Shown in pieces: positions 8,922 through 20,074 of a stretch of DNA of 64,000 nt. A program made the position numbers and the translations under genes. How positions within the stretch are numbered: the stretch's first letter is position 1; each line of letters starts with the position of its first letter. The notes beneath the pieces are model-generated. The model was not told the origin of the DNA and ran no database searches. It worked only from the letters and a program-made list of their open reading frames with translations. Origin of the DNA: an uncultured Candidatus Peribacteria bacterium (GTDB lineage: Bacteria; Patescibacteriota; Gracilibacteria; UBA4473); assembly GCA_964526665.1 (NCBI GenBank), contig CAZGJL010000004.1, positions 2,064-66,063 of the forward strand. The letters run 5' to 3'.

Positions 8922-10241
8922 ATGAGCCCCAAAAAATTCAAAGCCCCAACAGGAACTGGTGACATTTTACCAAATGATCACGATTATTTTACATTTGTGA
9001 AAAAAGCCGTCCGACATCGGTTTCGGCAATCAGGATTTCGTCGTATTGAAACTCCTATTTTTGAAGAAACCGCTGCATTTGAACGAGCACTCGGAACTGA
9101 TAGTGAAATTATTAAACGAGAAATGTACTCATTTGCTGATCCACGAGGACGAGATTTTTCTCTTCGCCCAGAAATGACTACCGGTGTTGTCCGTGCATTT
9201 CTTGAACATGATTTAGAAGAAGGTCCTCTTCCTGCTGAATTATATTATTTCGGACGATGTTTTCGATTTGAGCGACCACAAAGTCGTACACAGCGGGAAT
9301 TCTGGCAATTTGGATGTGAAGTTTTGGGAGAATCTGATCCCGCGATTGATGCGCAAATTATGTACCTCGGACACCGAGTTTTGTCTGACTTACAGGTGCG
9401 CGATGAATGTGAATTGAAAGTAAATACGTTTGGAACAACTGAAGATCGTGAGCGTTATATCGCCGCACTTGAGAATTTTTATGCAGGAAAAGAACGATCT
9501 CTTACTCCTGAAGGACGCGAAAGACTTGAGCAAAAGAAATTCTTGCTTCTTCTTACTGATCCACGCAGTGATGATGAAAAAGTCTTGGCAGAAATGGCAC
9601 CAAAAATTACTGATTACCTTTCTCCAGAATCTCAAGAATTTTTTGATCAAACTCTATCGTATCTCAACACTTTTGGAATTGAATATACTATTGATCCTAC
9701 GTTAATTCGTCCACTTCATTACTACTCTCACACGGTTTTTGAATTTCGAATCAAAAGTTCTCGACAAAAAATACTCGTGGGGGGGCGATATGACGGATTA
9801 TTGAAAAAAATGGGAGCGAGTAAAACACTTGGCGGATGCGGAATGGCCGCTGGTATGGGACGTATCATGCAACTCATGCGTGATCTCGATGTCAAAATCC
9901 CAAAAAAGGACACTCTTCAAATATTTGTTGCCGCTACTGGTCCTATTGCAAAAAAACACGCTCTTCCTGTTCTTATTAAATTACGAGAAGCGGGATTTCA
10001 TGCTGTTGGAGTATTAGGAAAAACTTCTATGGAAGAACAACTCACTCGTGCGCAAAACTTCAAAGTTCCCTATACAATTCTCATGGGAGATTTGGAGGTA
10101 AAGAAAAATGAGGCAATTATTCGAAATATGGAAACAGGGCGAAGTGATACGATTTCTGCTGACAACGTTATTGAACATATGAAAAAACTTCTTGGTAAAA
10201 ACCAAGATATTATGCGCCCCGATGAAGAAGCAAAAAAATGA
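8922..10241 (+). CDS. hisS: histidine--tRNA ligase
   Basis: GTGDILP, ETPIFEE..., REMYSFADPRGRDFSLRPEMT and GGRYDGL class II HisRS motifs. Confidence 0.95.
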   Translation: MSPKKFKAPTGTGDILPNDHDYFTFVKKAVRHRFRQSGFRRIETPIFEETAAFERALGTDSEIIKREMYSFADPRGRDFSLRPEMTTGVVRAFLEHDLEEGPLPAELYYFGRCFRFERPQSRTQREFWQFGCEVLGESDPAIDAQIMYLGHRVLSDLQVRDECELKVNTFGTTEDRERYIAALENFYAGKERSLTPEGRERLEQKKFLLLLTDPRSDDEKVLAEMAPKITDYLSPESQEFFDQTLSYLNTFGIEYTIDPTLIRPLHYYSHTVFEFRIKSSRQKILVGGRYDGLLKKMGASKTLGGCGMAAGMGRIMQLMRDLDVKIPKKDTLQIFVAATGPIAKKHALPVLIKLREAGFHAVGVLGKTSMEEQLTRAQNFKVPYTILMGDLEVKKNEAIIRNMETGRSDTISADNVIEHMKKLLGKNQDIMRPDEEAKK

Positions 10242-10843
10242 AGCTCTTGCCCGAAGCGATTACAACTGCAATAGATGCATTATCTGACCTTCCTGGAATT
10301 GGAACACGAAGTGCTGAAAGACTTGTCTTTTCATTATTAAAAAATGGGAATGGTCTTGAAAAAAAAATTGGAAACTCTCTTGCAGAATTAAAAACGTGCG
10401 TAAAGGAATGTGACAATTGTTGTCATTTTGCAGAAACGGAACTGTGTCCTATTTGTGAAAACTCCGAACGTTCTGATACTGAGATTTGTATCGTAGAATC
10501 CCCAATGGATGTTTTGGCCTTAGAAAGAACACATGCCTTTCGTGGAAAATATCACGTTCTTCATGGAGTCATTAGCCCACTTGATCGAGTAACAGCCAGC
10601 GATATTCGCATAGAATCACTCCTCATTCGTGTATTAAGTACTCCTCCCAATGAAATTATCATAGCTCTTCCTGGAACAACTGAGGCCGAGGCAACTTCAA
10701 TGTTTCTTTCCGATCAATTAAAGCAAATGGGATGCACCGCAAAAATTTCTCGCCTCGCACGAGGGATTCCTTCTGGTGGTGACCTGGATTATCTCGACGC
10801 CGGCACTCTCAGCCGCGCGATGTTGGATCGTAGGGAGATGTAG
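10238..10843 (+). CDS. recR: recombination protein RecR
   Basis: LPGIGTRSAERL helix-hairpin-helix, a C4 zinc finger (CDNCCHF..CPIC) and a Toprim region. ATGA overlap with the hisS stop. Confidence 0.93.
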   Translation: MKLLPEAITTAIDALSDLPGIGTRSAERLVFSLLKNGNGLEKKIGNSLAELKTCVKECDNCCHFAETELCPICENSERSDTEICIVESPMDVLALERTHAFRGKYHVLHGVISPLDRVTASDIRIESLLIRVLSTPPNEIIIALPGTTEAEATSMFLSDQLKQMGCTAKISRLARGIPSGGDLDYLDAGTLSRAMLDRREM

Positions 10844-11408
10844 TATTTTCTTTTTCTCCTTTTCCAAGAAAATCAAAATTTATATGAGGCATGGAATCAA
10901 GTCCATCCATCATTAATTTCATTATCTCTGTTTCTTTAAACCAATTTTTGATTTCTTTCGCTCGCGCAATCATCAGTTCACTTACCCCATCTGTTGCCAC
11001 ATTCATTGACTCTGATGTTCCTAAAGGTTTTTCAAATAACCTCGCTACATCTAAATCTGGATCTCCGGAAAGTTGTCGAACACTTTTTTCAAAAACAACC
11101 CATTGCCCATCTGTCGCATTCTTTGGATGAAAAGCCTCAAATGGAAATATTCTTCCTGTTTTTTTTTCCTCATTCTCAGACTGAGCTTTTTTTGTATTTC
11201 TTTCTTTAATGGGACCAAAGAGAAAATCACTTACTTTAAATGCCTGAAAACGAAGGAAATCATTCCATTCTTCACTATTCATAGATAAAACATGTTTTAC
11301 CCTCACTTGTAACTTCTCTATAATTTCATCTGGCATTGAATAAGGATGATCATCATCATGCTTATCTTCAACAGCTGTCAGTTGTTCTTGTAGTGGAATC
11401 CTATTCAT
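10809..11408 (-). CDS. hypothetical protein
   Basis: 199-aa ORF. No motif recognised. Confidence 0.5.
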   Translation of the reverse strand: MNRIPLQEQLTAVEDKHDDDHPYSMPDEIIEKLQVRVKHVLSMNSEEWNDFLRFQAFKVSDFLFGPIKERNTKKAQSENEEKKTGRIFPFEAFHPKNATDGQWVVFEKSVRQLSGDPDLDVARLFEKPLGTSESMNVATDGVSELMIARAKEIKNWFKETEIMKLMMDGLDSMPHINFDFLGKGEKENTTSPYDPTSRG

Positions 11409-11470
11409 TCTTTAGCATTTTAAAATACTACCCATGTTTAACAGGTTTCCTACAATAGTCAATTCCTTGT

Positions 11471-12304
11471 TTACACATCTAACCAACTTTTCTTCCATTT
11501 TCTCCACCATTTCATTTTTTGAGTAGGAATGAGATGAGATAGAAGAATCAGTATTTGTAAAAGAGAACGCTTCCCTCCTCTCGGAATCAACGAAATCTCT
11601 GGATGCAGCGATTCAAAAACCTCTGCGTTTTTACGTGCATTACGCGTCTGTGCCCACACTTGTTCCTCTTCTTGCTTATGATCGTGTAAAACCTCACATT
11701 CTGGATCAAAAGATATTTTCATTCCGTTATTGGACAAACGGTATCCAAACTCCGTATCTTCAAATCCCCAACCAGTAAATCTATCACTAAATCGCTCTTC
11801 CCCGATCAATTCCCGCTTCATGGAAATATTCGACGTATAGAAATGTCGCCAATTGGCTCCATGGTTTTTTATCGAATGAAATGCAAACTGCGCATTATTT
11901 TCTAACCAATGATGAAATCCATCCTTCGCTAATTCAGGCGCCCAAGAAATTTTTCCCAATAAAACCGATTGTTTTGTTTTATTTTTTTCATGAAAACCAG
12001 AAACTCTCTTAAGCCAATCTGATTGCGGGATTGTATCATCTCCGAGAAAGACAATCACCTCCCCTGTTGCTTTTTCTATACCCAAATTCCTCGCACCACC
12101 GGCGTATGATTTTTCTTTGGTTGCGATAAAAGTAACCTGTGGAAATTCGTGCTCCAATTTAGCGAGAAATTCTCCCTCAACAGCGTCTCGCACCACGATA
12201 ATTTCTGGTGCAATCGTTTCAAAACCATCTGAATTCACAATCGCCTCGAGCACGCCCTGAAGCGTGTTTCGTCCAATTGTAGGAATGATTATTGAGAGTT
12301 TCAT
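11471..12304 (-). CDS. family 2 glycosyltransferase
   Basis: MKLSIIIPTIGR, GGARNLG and FLGDDT are typical GT2 motifs. Confidence 0.8.
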   Translation of the reverse strand: MKLSIIIPTIGRNTLQGVLEAIVNSDGFETIAPEIIVVRDAVEGEFLAKLEHEFPQVTFIATKEKSYAGGARNLGIEKATGEVIVFLGDDTIPQSDWLKRVSGFHEKNKTKQSVLLGKISWAPELAKDGFHHWLENNAQFAFHSIKNHGANWRHFYTSNISMKRELIGEERFSDRFTGWGFEDTEFGYRLSNNGMKISFDPECEVLHDHKQEEEQVWAQTRNARKNAEVFESLHPEISLIPRGGKRSLLQILILLSHLIPTQKMKWWRKWKKSWLDV

Positions 12305-12310
12305 CTTTAA

Positions 12311-14764
12311 TTATTTAACGACAAATCCTACAATTTTCCCGGGAACAAAAACTTCTTTTTTGATTTCGCCTTCGTTCAAATATTTCTGAACTTTCTCAAG
12401 TCCTTTTGCCATCGCAATTGCTTCCTCCTTACTCCCGTCTTTTGGAAGTTGAAAGTCTCCACGCAATTTACCATTCACCTGCACGGCATAATTCACCGTA
12501 TCATCTATCAAAAATTGAGGATCATACGTTGGCCATGGCGCATAGGCGATGGATTCTTTTTCTTCAAATACAGTAGACCAAATCTCCTCTGCCAAATGCG
12601 GAGCAAATGGAGAGAGCAAAATACAAATCTTTTTCATTGCTCCACGAGAGAGTTCTGGCGATTTTTGTGCTTCGTTGAAAAAAATCATTAACTGAGAAAT
12701 CGCTGTATTAAACTTAAATTCATCAATATCTTCTTCCACTTTTTTTATTGTCTGCCCAACAACTTTTCGAAAGGCAGGCAAAGGACATCCGTCCCCCATT
12801 TTTTTCTCATTAAACGTACGCCATACTTTATCGAGAAATTTCCGCATACCACCCACAGCATCGGCTGCCCATGGTTTTGCTTGTTCAAAAGGCCCCATAA
12901 ACATCTCATACATACGCAAAGTATCTGCTCCAAATTCTTCCACAATTTCATCTGGATTCACTACATTTCCTCGCGATTTCGACATTTTTTCTCCATCGCG
13001 TCCGAGAATCAATCCCTGATTTATCAATTTCTTGAATGGCTCAATTGTGTGAGTAAGACCTAAATCATACAAAACCTTGTGCCAAAACCGTGCGTAGAGC
13101 AAATGAAGTACCGCATGTTCGGTTCCACCAACATACAAATCAACGTTTCCCCAGTACTTATCCGATTCTTTTGAACAAAATTCTTGTTCGTTATTCGCAT
13201 CCATATAACGCAACCAATACCAACTACTTCCAGCCCAATTAGGCATCGTGGATGTTTCTCTTTTGAATTCTTGTATTTCGACTCCACCTGGCGCAGATTC
13301 TCCTTTTTTCAAAGTTTTTACTGTCCCCTCTGAAGTAAAATATCCCTTCACCTTCACCCAGTCTTCAGCTCGTGCCAATGGTGGCTCACCATCCGCAGTC
13401 GGGTGATAGTCATCAATTTCTGGCAACGTCAAAGGTAACTCTGAATCGTCCAATGCGTGCACTTTCCCCTCTGTATCAAAAACCAATGGAATCGGCTCTC
13501 CCCAGAATCGCTGACGCGTAAAGATCCAATCGCGGAGTTTGAAGTTTATCTTCTTTTCTCCTATTTTTTTTGCTTCTAAATGTGTAATCATTTTTGCTGT
13601 TGCCTCTTCCACATTTAATCCATCCAAAAAATCTGAATTTTTTAATTTTCCGCCTGATTTTTGAAAAGGATCCTCCAATCCTCCCACTACTTCAATAATA
13701 TCTAATCCAAATTTCGTTGCGAACTCCTGATCTCGTTCATCATGTGCGGGAACAGCCATAATCGCTCCCGTCCCATAACTCATCATCACGTAATCGGCGA
13801 TCCACACCTGAATCTTTTTCCCATTCACGGGATTGATAGCAAATGCTCCTGTAAATACTCCTGATTTATCTTTGTTTAATTCCGTACGTTCCAATTCTGA
13901 TTTCGCCGCACAATTTTTCTGGTATTTTTCAACTTCAGCACGTTTTTCTTCTGTTGTAATCTGAGAAACCAAAGGATGCTCTGGTGAGAGAACGAAATAA
14001 GTCGCTCCAAATAAAGTATCTGGACGAGTAGTGAATACGCGAACTTTTTCTCCTTCAAGATCAAAATCCACCTCTGCACCAACACTTTTCCCGATCCAAT
14101 TCCGTTGCTGCGTTTTGATCGCTTCTGGCCACTCTGGCAATGTGTCCAAATCATCGAGCAGGCGATCTGCGTACTTCGTAATCCCAAACATCCACTGACG
14201 CAAGTTCTTGCGCTCTACAGGCGTTCCACACCGTTCGTGTGTTCCCTGCTCCACTTCCTCATTTGCGGCTACCACGCGACACTCAGGACACCAGTTCATA
14301 GCCATCTCTTTTTCGTACGCTAAATCTTTTTTAAATAACTGAAGAAAAATCCACTGCGTCCATTTGTAATATCCTTCATCTGTCGTCGCAACCTCACGAT
14401 CCCAATCATAACTAAAACCGAAAGACTGAATCTGACGTTTGAATGTTTTTATATTTTCTGCAGTAGATGCCGCTGGATGCACTCCTGTTTTCAATGCATA
14501 ATTCTCTGCCGGCAAACCAAAAGCATCCCATCCCATCGGATGAAGCACTTCAAATCCTTGATGTCGTTTCTTACGACAAATAATATCTGTTGCTGTGTAT
14601 CCCTCTGGATGTCCCACGTGCAAACCCACTCCAGATGGGTACGGAAACATGTCGAGCGCGTAATATTTCTGTTTGTCAGAACCAGTTGTTGCAGCAAATG
14701 TTTTGTTTTCTTCCCAAAACTTCTGCCATTTCTGTTCTATTTTCTGATGATTGTATTTTGACAT
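12311..14764 (-). CDS. leuS: leucine--tRNA ligase
   Basis: 817 aa. PYPSGVGLHVGHPEGY (HIGH) and KMSKSRGN (KMSKS), with full LeuRS architecture. Confidence 0.97.
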   Translation of the reverse strand: MSKYNHQKIEQKWQKFWEENKTFAATTGSDKQKYYALDMFPYPSGVGLHVGHPEGYTATDIICRKKRHQGFEVLHPMGWDAFGLPAENYALKTGVHPAASTAENIKTFKRQIQSFGFSYDWDREVATTDEGYYKWTQWIFLQLFKKDLAYEKEMAMNWCPECRVVAANEEVEQGTHERCGTPVERKNLRQWMFGITKYADRLLDDLDTLPEWPEAIKTQQRNWIGKSVGAEVDFDLEGEKVRVFTTRPDTLFGATYFVLSPEHPLVSQITTEEKRAEVEKYQKNCAAKSELERTELNKDKSGVFTGAFAINPVNGKKIQVWIADYVMMSYGTGAIMAVPAHDERDQEFATKFGLDIIEVVGGLEDPFQKSGGKLKNSDFLDGLNVEEATAKMITHLEAKKIGEKKINFKLRDWIFTRQRFWGEPIPLVFDTEGKVHALDDSELPLTLPEIDDYHPTADGEPPLARAEDWVKVKGYFTSEGTVKTLKKGESAPGGVEIQEFKRETSTMPNWAGSSWYWLRYMDANNEQEFCSKESDKYWGNVDLYVGGTEHAVLHLLYARFWHKVLYDLGLTHTIEPFKKLINQGLILGRDGEKMSKSRGNVVNPDEIVEEFGADTLRMYEMFMGPFEQAKPWAADAVGGMRKFLDKVWRTFNEKKMGDGCPLPAFRKVVGQTIKKVEEDIDEFKFNTAISQLMIFFNEAQKSPELSRGAMKKICILLSPFAPHLAEEIWSTVFEEKESIAYAPWPTYDPQFLIDDTVNYAVQVNGKLRGDFQLPKDGSKEEAIAMAKGLEKVQKYLNEGEIKKEVFVPGKIVGFVVK

Positions 14765-14889
14765 TTCTAAAGATAAAAGTACTCGCAGAGTTTACTCCGA
14801 CTGCTCTCATTGTGCAAATATGTACGTCTAAAATTTGTGAATTCCTTCAACTCATGATACCGTATATAGTAATTCATTATTTTATACAA

Positions 14890-15573
14890 ATGACAAAGAA
14901 AAAAACAAAAAAATCGTCTTGCTGCACAGTCAAGAAAATAGCACCGTTATTTATTATTACTCTTATTGTTCTTATTACAGTAGCGATACTCGGTTTACCC
15001 GGTACTCCTGACAAAGAAGGATTAATTGCAAATGATTCTGAAATGGTTATTGAAATGATTTCTGACACTGTAGAAGTTACTGTTGAGGATAGTGATATTA
15101 TTGAGGATAATGATGAAGAAATTTCTATGGAAGAACCTTCTATTATTGTTCTTGATGAAAAATCCTCTCTTGTTTCACCAGAAATGACAACTCCTGAAAA
15201 ACTCGTAAGAACATTTCTCCATCACTACAATCAAGAACGTTTCAAAGATGCCTGTGATATTATCTCTGACATCAAATGCGATGACCGAATCAAAGGTTCT
15301 GTAGCACGTTTTGGTGAAGAGTTTGAAAAAATAGATGGTGGATATCAAAATGTTTCTGTGAAACAAGTAGATATACCTGATTTCCACAGTGATGTCGTTT
15401 GTGTTGAATATGATTATCGATACAAGGCTAGTACAAACCCAAACCTTATTCATGAAACAATGAGTTTTTATCTACAAGATGGAAAAATTACATATCGAAT
15501 CTGTGAAGAAAAAACTAGAGATGGTGTAAATATTAAATGCCCAATTCTGTCACGCCGAGATTTCTGTTTGTAA
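14890..15573 (+). CDS. hypothetical membrane-anchored protein
   Basis: The track ORF 14590..15573 overlaps leuS. The internal ATG at 14890 gives MTKKKTKK plus a TM anchor and an acidic ectodomain. Confidence 0.6.
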   Translation: MTKKKTKKSSCCTVKKIAPLFIITLIVLITVAILGLPGTPDKEGLIANDSEMVIEMISDTVEVTVEDSDIIEDNDEEISMEEPSIIVLDEKSSLVSPEMTTPEKLVRTFLHHYNQERFKDACDIISDIKCDDRIKGSVARFGEEFEKIDGGYQNVSVKQVDIPDFHSDVVCVEYDYRYKASTNPNLIHETMSFYLQDGKITYRICEEKTRDGVNIKCPILSRRDFCL

Positions 15574-15627
15574 AATAAAAAAATCATAAAAGGCAGTCCC
15601 TTGTGGCTGTCTTTTTTTTATAAAAAA

Positions 15628-16143
15628 TCATAAAATCTCTAATAACTCTTTATCATTCAAATGCCCTCCCCCTGAACATTTTTTGAATGTTGCTCCCAAC
15701 TCCTTCGCCAGAGCTTCAAACTTCTCTAACGGGATATAAGGATCATTCTCTGCCCCTAGGAGCGTTACTTTTACAATGTTTTTTTTCAAAATTTCTTCAT
15801 TCCATGGAACAGTAAAAAAGGTCTTCACTTCCTCAATCCCACAATCATCTGGTGCTGGCGCGACAAGTATTAAACCTGCTACTGATATTTGTTTTTCTGA
15901 TAACCATCGTAATAAAAATGATCCACCGAGTGAATGTCCTATCAAAACGGCATTCTTCTCTATTTTGGATGCATATATTGATTCCCAATGCTCTCTCCAC
16001 GCATCATATTCTGGAAACTCTGTATTTGGAAAATCCGGAACAAAAACTTCATTCCCCTTCTTTTCCTCAATAGCTTTCAACCATGGAAACCAATTCGTTG
16101 TAGAATTCCCTCCCCATCCGTGTAGAACAAACCACCGAGACAT
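15628..16143 (-). CDS. alpha/beta serine hydrolase (YdeN/RBBP9-like)
   Basis: VLHGWGG and the GHSLGG nucleophile elbow. 171 aa. Confidence 0.75.
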   Translation of the reverse strand: MSRWFVLHGWGGNSTTNWFPWLKAIEEKKGNEVFVPDFPNTEFPEYDAWREHWESIYASKIEKNAVLIGHSLGGSFLLRWLSEKQISVAGLILVAPAPDDCGIEEVKTFFTVPWNEEILKKNIVKVTLLGAENDPYIPLEKFEALAKELGATFKKCSGGGHLNDKELLEIL

Positions 16144-17447
16144 TATATGTTTTTTACTGTTGATTGTACCGAACGCATGGCGTCACGTGTTGATTCTGGT
16201 CCATGGAGTCTAAAAAATGAAGAATCATCTCTCGCCCATTCAATATACAGTTCCCCATCACTTTTTCGTTCACGTGCTGTCGTTACTGGACTTTCACTTG
16301 GTACAATTTCCAAAAGAAACTCACTATCAGCTATTTCTGAAATCTCATGTTTTGCAAATCCAAATTGTAATAATAGTGGCTCAGTTGGTCCCACATTTTT
16401 GAACCAGTATCCCCACGGGGCTTTCATAGAAAACTTTAAATATGAACTGGTATAAGGGAATGCCTTCCCATCAATCAAATTTGTAAAATCATCCTTTAAT
16501 GGCATGTCCGCTGCAGCCTGTGCTGCTTTTTCTAATGCTACATCTGTGTCTATATTTTCTTTTGATCCAAAAATACGAGAAAATACTCCTTCTTTTTCCT
16601 CTTTCTCTGTAGTTTCTTCTGAAGAACTTTCTTCCTCTCCCTCAACAACTTCTGGCTCTATTTTTTTTGTTAATTCTCTTACCTTTTCTGCTTCATGTTC
16701 TGCTTGAATCCGTCGATCGTCATCTTGTGCTGCACGAACAACACTTTCTCCTTCTATAAAAGAATTCAGTAATTGGAAAAATGCCTTTTTCTTATCGAAC
16801 TCTTCAAAATCTGCTGTAAAAGAAAAAGTATATTTGTTATTTGAGTTATTGGACCATAACACTATTTTTTGATGTTCACGTCCTAACTCATCTCCCATTA
16901 CGCTTTTGGTTCCTTCAAACCCAGCAATGGAAACTGACGGAATCATTTTCTTGTCACGGCGTTCCTTTGGTTCAACAGAAAATTGAAGAAATACCCTTCC
17001 TTGGTCATCAGTTTTCTCCGTAAAATGCATTGTTCCATCCGGAGCAGTCGAATACTGCCAATCATGAGGAAAAACAAAAGAAAAATTCTTTGTAGAAAAT
17101 CGTTTTGGTAGAGCTTCATGGTCATCAGATAACTCTTCTGAGAGTAAATGTAATTCATCTACTATAAAAAGTTCTCTCATTTTTTCTGTATGACGCCTTC
17201 CTGTTACAGACACTTCTTGCCCTTCAAATTCAATCAAAGAAACTATTTCTGAAGCTAACAGTGCGACGAGTTTTTCATCTCGTTCCAATCTATGTGTTGC
17301 TCGAGTAGCAACAGAAAGATCAAAAGGAAGTATTTCTCCCACAAGTGTTTCACGTGGTTCTTCCGGTAGTGGAGCAAACGGATCATCTGGGGTACATCCT
17401 ACAAATGCTAACGCACACCCGAATACTACAAGTAATTTTTTCATCAA
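16143..17447 (-). CDS. putative lipoprotein, unknown function
   Basis: MMKKLLVVFGCALAFVGC lipobox-like signal. Central acidic linker. Confidence 0.6.
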   Translation of the reverse strand: MMKKLLVVFGCALAFVGCTPDDPFAPLPEEPRETLVGEILPFDLSVATRATHRLERDEKLVALLASEIVSLIEFEGQEVSVTGRRHTEKMRELFIVDELHLLSEELSDDHEALPKRFSTKNFSFVFPHDWQYSTAPDGTMHFTEKTDDQGRVFLQFSVEPKERRDKKMIPSVSIAGFEGTKSVMGDELGREHQKIVLWSNNSNNKYTFSFTADFEEFDKKKAFFQLLNSFIEGESVVRAAQDDDRRIQAEHEAEKVRELTKKIEPEVVEGEEESSSEETTEKEEKEGVFSRIFGSKENIDTDVALEKAAQAAADMPLKDDFTNLIDGKAFPYTSSYLKFSMKAPWGYWFKNVGPTEPLLLQFGFAKHEISEIADSEFLLEIVPSESPVTTARERKSDGELYIEWARDDSSFFRLHGPESTRDAMRSVQSTVKNI

Positions 17448-17562
17448 ATTTTATATCCAAATTCTTCGCGGCGAATTCTGACATTTACGATGAAAAAAGC
17501 AACTTCTTTATTGCAACATTCCAACCTTTTTTCTTCAATTCTTGATTTCTAAAAACGAAATT

Positions 17563-18906
17563 TTATCCGTGCAAAATAACTTCTGCTAACTTTGCGCGAG
17601 TCCCGGGACCAAATACTCCTGCCCCAACACTTCGTGATGTAGGGATAACACCAAATTCAACTTGGAATCGTTTCAATGAACCTCGGGTGATTGGGCCCAT
17701 TTTTCCTGTTGGTGCATGGTCAAAATAACCGAGTTTTCCTAATACAATTTGTAATGTTTCTACTGAAGAATCCACATCCGCAATCTGTGCTGCTAATTGG
17801 AAATATGCATTTTCTTCTGTCAGAAGAGCAAAACGCGAAAGGCCTTTTCTTACTCGAGCTATGTCACGTTTTTCAATATCTCTCTCTGCACGTTCTGTTT
17901 CCAAAATTTCATTCAAATGCATCTGTGTTTTTTCTCCTACATGTCCTGCTCCCAGTGAATATTTTGTATCAATAATTCCTTCCTCCAATTGGAATTCTAT
18001 TAATGCTGCCTCTGTTAATGGTCCAAAAAATCCTGTTGGTGTGACATATAGTAATTCTCTTTGAATCAATACTTGCTGCAATTTCACAACTTCTGCACTA
18101 CGATGTCCCCTTCCCATTCCTGCTTCAAATTCGAAGGATTCCCAAAGTTCTCTAATTTTTTTCTGTGTATCAACTCTTGCTAATTCTAATGTTAATTTTG
18201 CTCGAGTTTTGGGCCCCAAACGCCCTGCACCTAACTCTTTTTCAGAATGAATAACAAAGAACTTTATTTGAAAATCAAGCACTGCTTTCTCCGTGACAAG
18301 GTCATATTCTGATGTAATATTTCCTGAATAAATTCCCAATCTCCGCAAGGCAATCTGAAGTTTCTCTACATTTTCTCCCCTGTCTCCTTTTGAAAGATTC
18401 GTAAAGAATGTTGTTGATTTTGAAAGCTGTAAAATCTGAGTCAATGGTAATGGAGCCGAAAAATTCACTGAATCGGCAAGCACTGTTCCCGCTGGAAACA
18501 TATCGCACTCGATATGTTGTACTCCCCATGCTAATGCTCGACGCATTCCTTCTGTCCCATATCCCATCCAAAGATCCAATCGATCATGGCGAGCTAAATT
18601 ACGTTCTCCTTGTTTTACAATTGCTCCACCACGGTCATGCACTGTTCCACAACCAAATCCTGGAATACATACTTTTGTCCCAAATTCATAGGTTTGTGGT
18701 GCGGCAATCATTCCTGGATAAACGGGTGTCCCATTTGCTCCATGCGTACCATTTCCATTTAACCGAATCTCTGATTCGTATGAACCAGTCAAAAAATAAT
18801 CCTGATCTGGAAGTGGAGAATAATATCCCGTAATAGTGAATGTACGAGTCTGCGCCATAACTAATGACGGCAATAGCAAAACAAGTACTAATAGCAATTT
18901 TTTCAT
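17563..18906 (-). CDS. secreted cell-wall protein: 3D (MltA-like) domain plus repeated peptidoglycan-binding domains
   Basis: Signal peptide, then ITGYYSPLP...GMIAAP...GTVHDRGGAI (3D-domain pattern), then three PG_binding_1-like repeats (VxxLQxxLxxLGxY). Confidence 0.7.
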   Translation of the reverse strand: MKKLLLVLVLLLPSLVMAQTRTFTITGYYSPLPDQDYFLTGSYESEIRLNGNGTHGANGTPVYPGMIAAPQTYEFGTKVCIPGFGCGTVHDRGGAIVKQGERNLARHDRLDLWMGYGTEGMRRALAWGVQHIECDMFPAGTVLADSVNFSAPLPLTQILQLSKSTTFFTNLSKGDRGENVEKLQIALRRLGIYSGNITSEYDLVTEKAVLDFQIKFFVIHSEKELGAGRLGPKTRAKLTLELARVDTQKKIRELWESFEFEAGMGRGHRSAEVVKLQQVLIQRELLYVTPTGFFGPLTEAALIEFQLEEGIIDTKYSLGAGHVGEKTQMHLNEILETERAERDIEKRDIARVRKGLSRFALLTEENAYFQLAAQIADVDSSVETLQIVLGKLGYFDHAPTGKMGPITRGSLKRFQVEFGVIPTSRSVGAGVFGPGTRAKLAEVILHG

Positions 18907-19991
18907 TTTTTGTATGCAATTTTAACTGTTGTCGGAAGAGCAAATTTAATTTTTTCTTTCTCAAATTCCTGAATAATAATCCAATTAATAGCTTCTTGAG
19001 CTTTTGCATAATCAAGATATTTATCAGAATTTACGTAATATACCGTTTCAAAATCATAGCTACTGGTATTGATTTTCTTAAACCAAACGCGATCAAATTC
19101 ACATATTTCTGAAGCAGTAATTGCTTTTTCTAAAATATCATCCACTAACTTCAGTTTTTTTAGCGGAGTATCAAATGCAATCGTTGTCATAAAACTAATA
19201 CGTCTACGCTTTAGCTCTCCATAATTATGAATGCAAGATTCTGTAAGTTCTTTATTAGACATTACTATTTCCTCTCCTCCAAGAGCCGTAATACGTGTTG
19301 TTTTGAGACCGATTTGTTTTATTTCTCCTTCATTATCACCTACAATAATATAATCCCCTTCAGCAAATGGTTTATCGAAGAAAATAGAAAAAGAGGAAAA
19401 CACATCTCCCAAAATATGCTGAATCGCAAAGGCAATAGCAATTCCTCCAATTCCCAATGATGCCACTAATGTTGTTACATTTACTCCCAAATTCGATAAA
19501 ATCATAAGCAATCCAATAGACCAGACTATAATTCCAAAAATTCGCTGTGTTCCATGAAGTGTTGTTTGGTTTTTGCTCAATGGTGTAGAAGAAAGCCCAA
19601 AATTTATTGCTTTCTGAATAAGTCTCATTGCTTCAAACATTAACAAGATCACAAATCCTCCTTTAATAAGAACTCCAAATGCGTCAGGGAGAACCAGAAA
19701 AAGTTTTAACGCTATTACAAGTGATAGATATGCGAAAAATAAGGCCGAAATTTCTGCACTCCACTGTAAAATTTTATCATCAAATTTCCGAGGAGTCTTT
19801 TCTGCCCATTTACGTAATTGACGCAAACCAACCAACCGAAAAGATCGAATAATTGCCCATATAAGTACGAAAAACACCAACGCCATAGAGTATTCCCCTA
19901 TTGTGTTCTCACCGAGAGAATATTTCATCACTTCCTGTATCCCAGAAGTATTGAGTACCGTTGTAAAATTTTCAAACATATGTTGTATCAA
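18903..19991 (-). CDS. mechanosensitive ion channel (MscS family)
   Basis: TM helices followed by GDYIIVGDNEGEIKQIGLKTTRITALGGEEIVMSN, the MscS beta-domain signature. Confidence 0.85.
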   Translation of the reverse strand: MIQHMFENFTTVLNTSGIQEVMKYSLGENTIGEYSMALVFFVLIWAIIRSFRLVGLRQLRKWAEKTPRKFDDKILQWSAEISALFFAYLSLVIALKLFLVLPDAFGVLIKGGFVILLMFEAMRLIQKAINFGLSSTPLSKNQTTLHGTQRIFGIIVWSIGLLMILSNLGVNVTTLVASLGIGGIAIAFAIQHILGDVFSSFSIFFDKPFAEGDYIIVGDNEGEIKQIGLKTTRITALGGEEIVMSNKELTESCIHNYGELKRRRISFMTTIAFDTPLKKLKLVDDILEKAITASEICEFDRVWFKKINTSSYDFETVYYVNSDKYLDYAKAQEAINWIIIQEFEKEKIKFALPTTVKIAYKK

Positions 19992-20074
19992 AAAATCCCT
20001 AAATTATACCTCAAAACACCGAAAAAATCAAGATATAGAGGATAAAAACTTTATCTCATTTATAAAAAAGTTGT

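Noticed and set aside
14590-14889. N-terminal 100 codons of track ORF 14590..15573
   Set aside because: This part overlaps the 5' end of leuS on the other strand and has no protein-like features. The ATG at 14890 gives a sensible membrane-anchored start.
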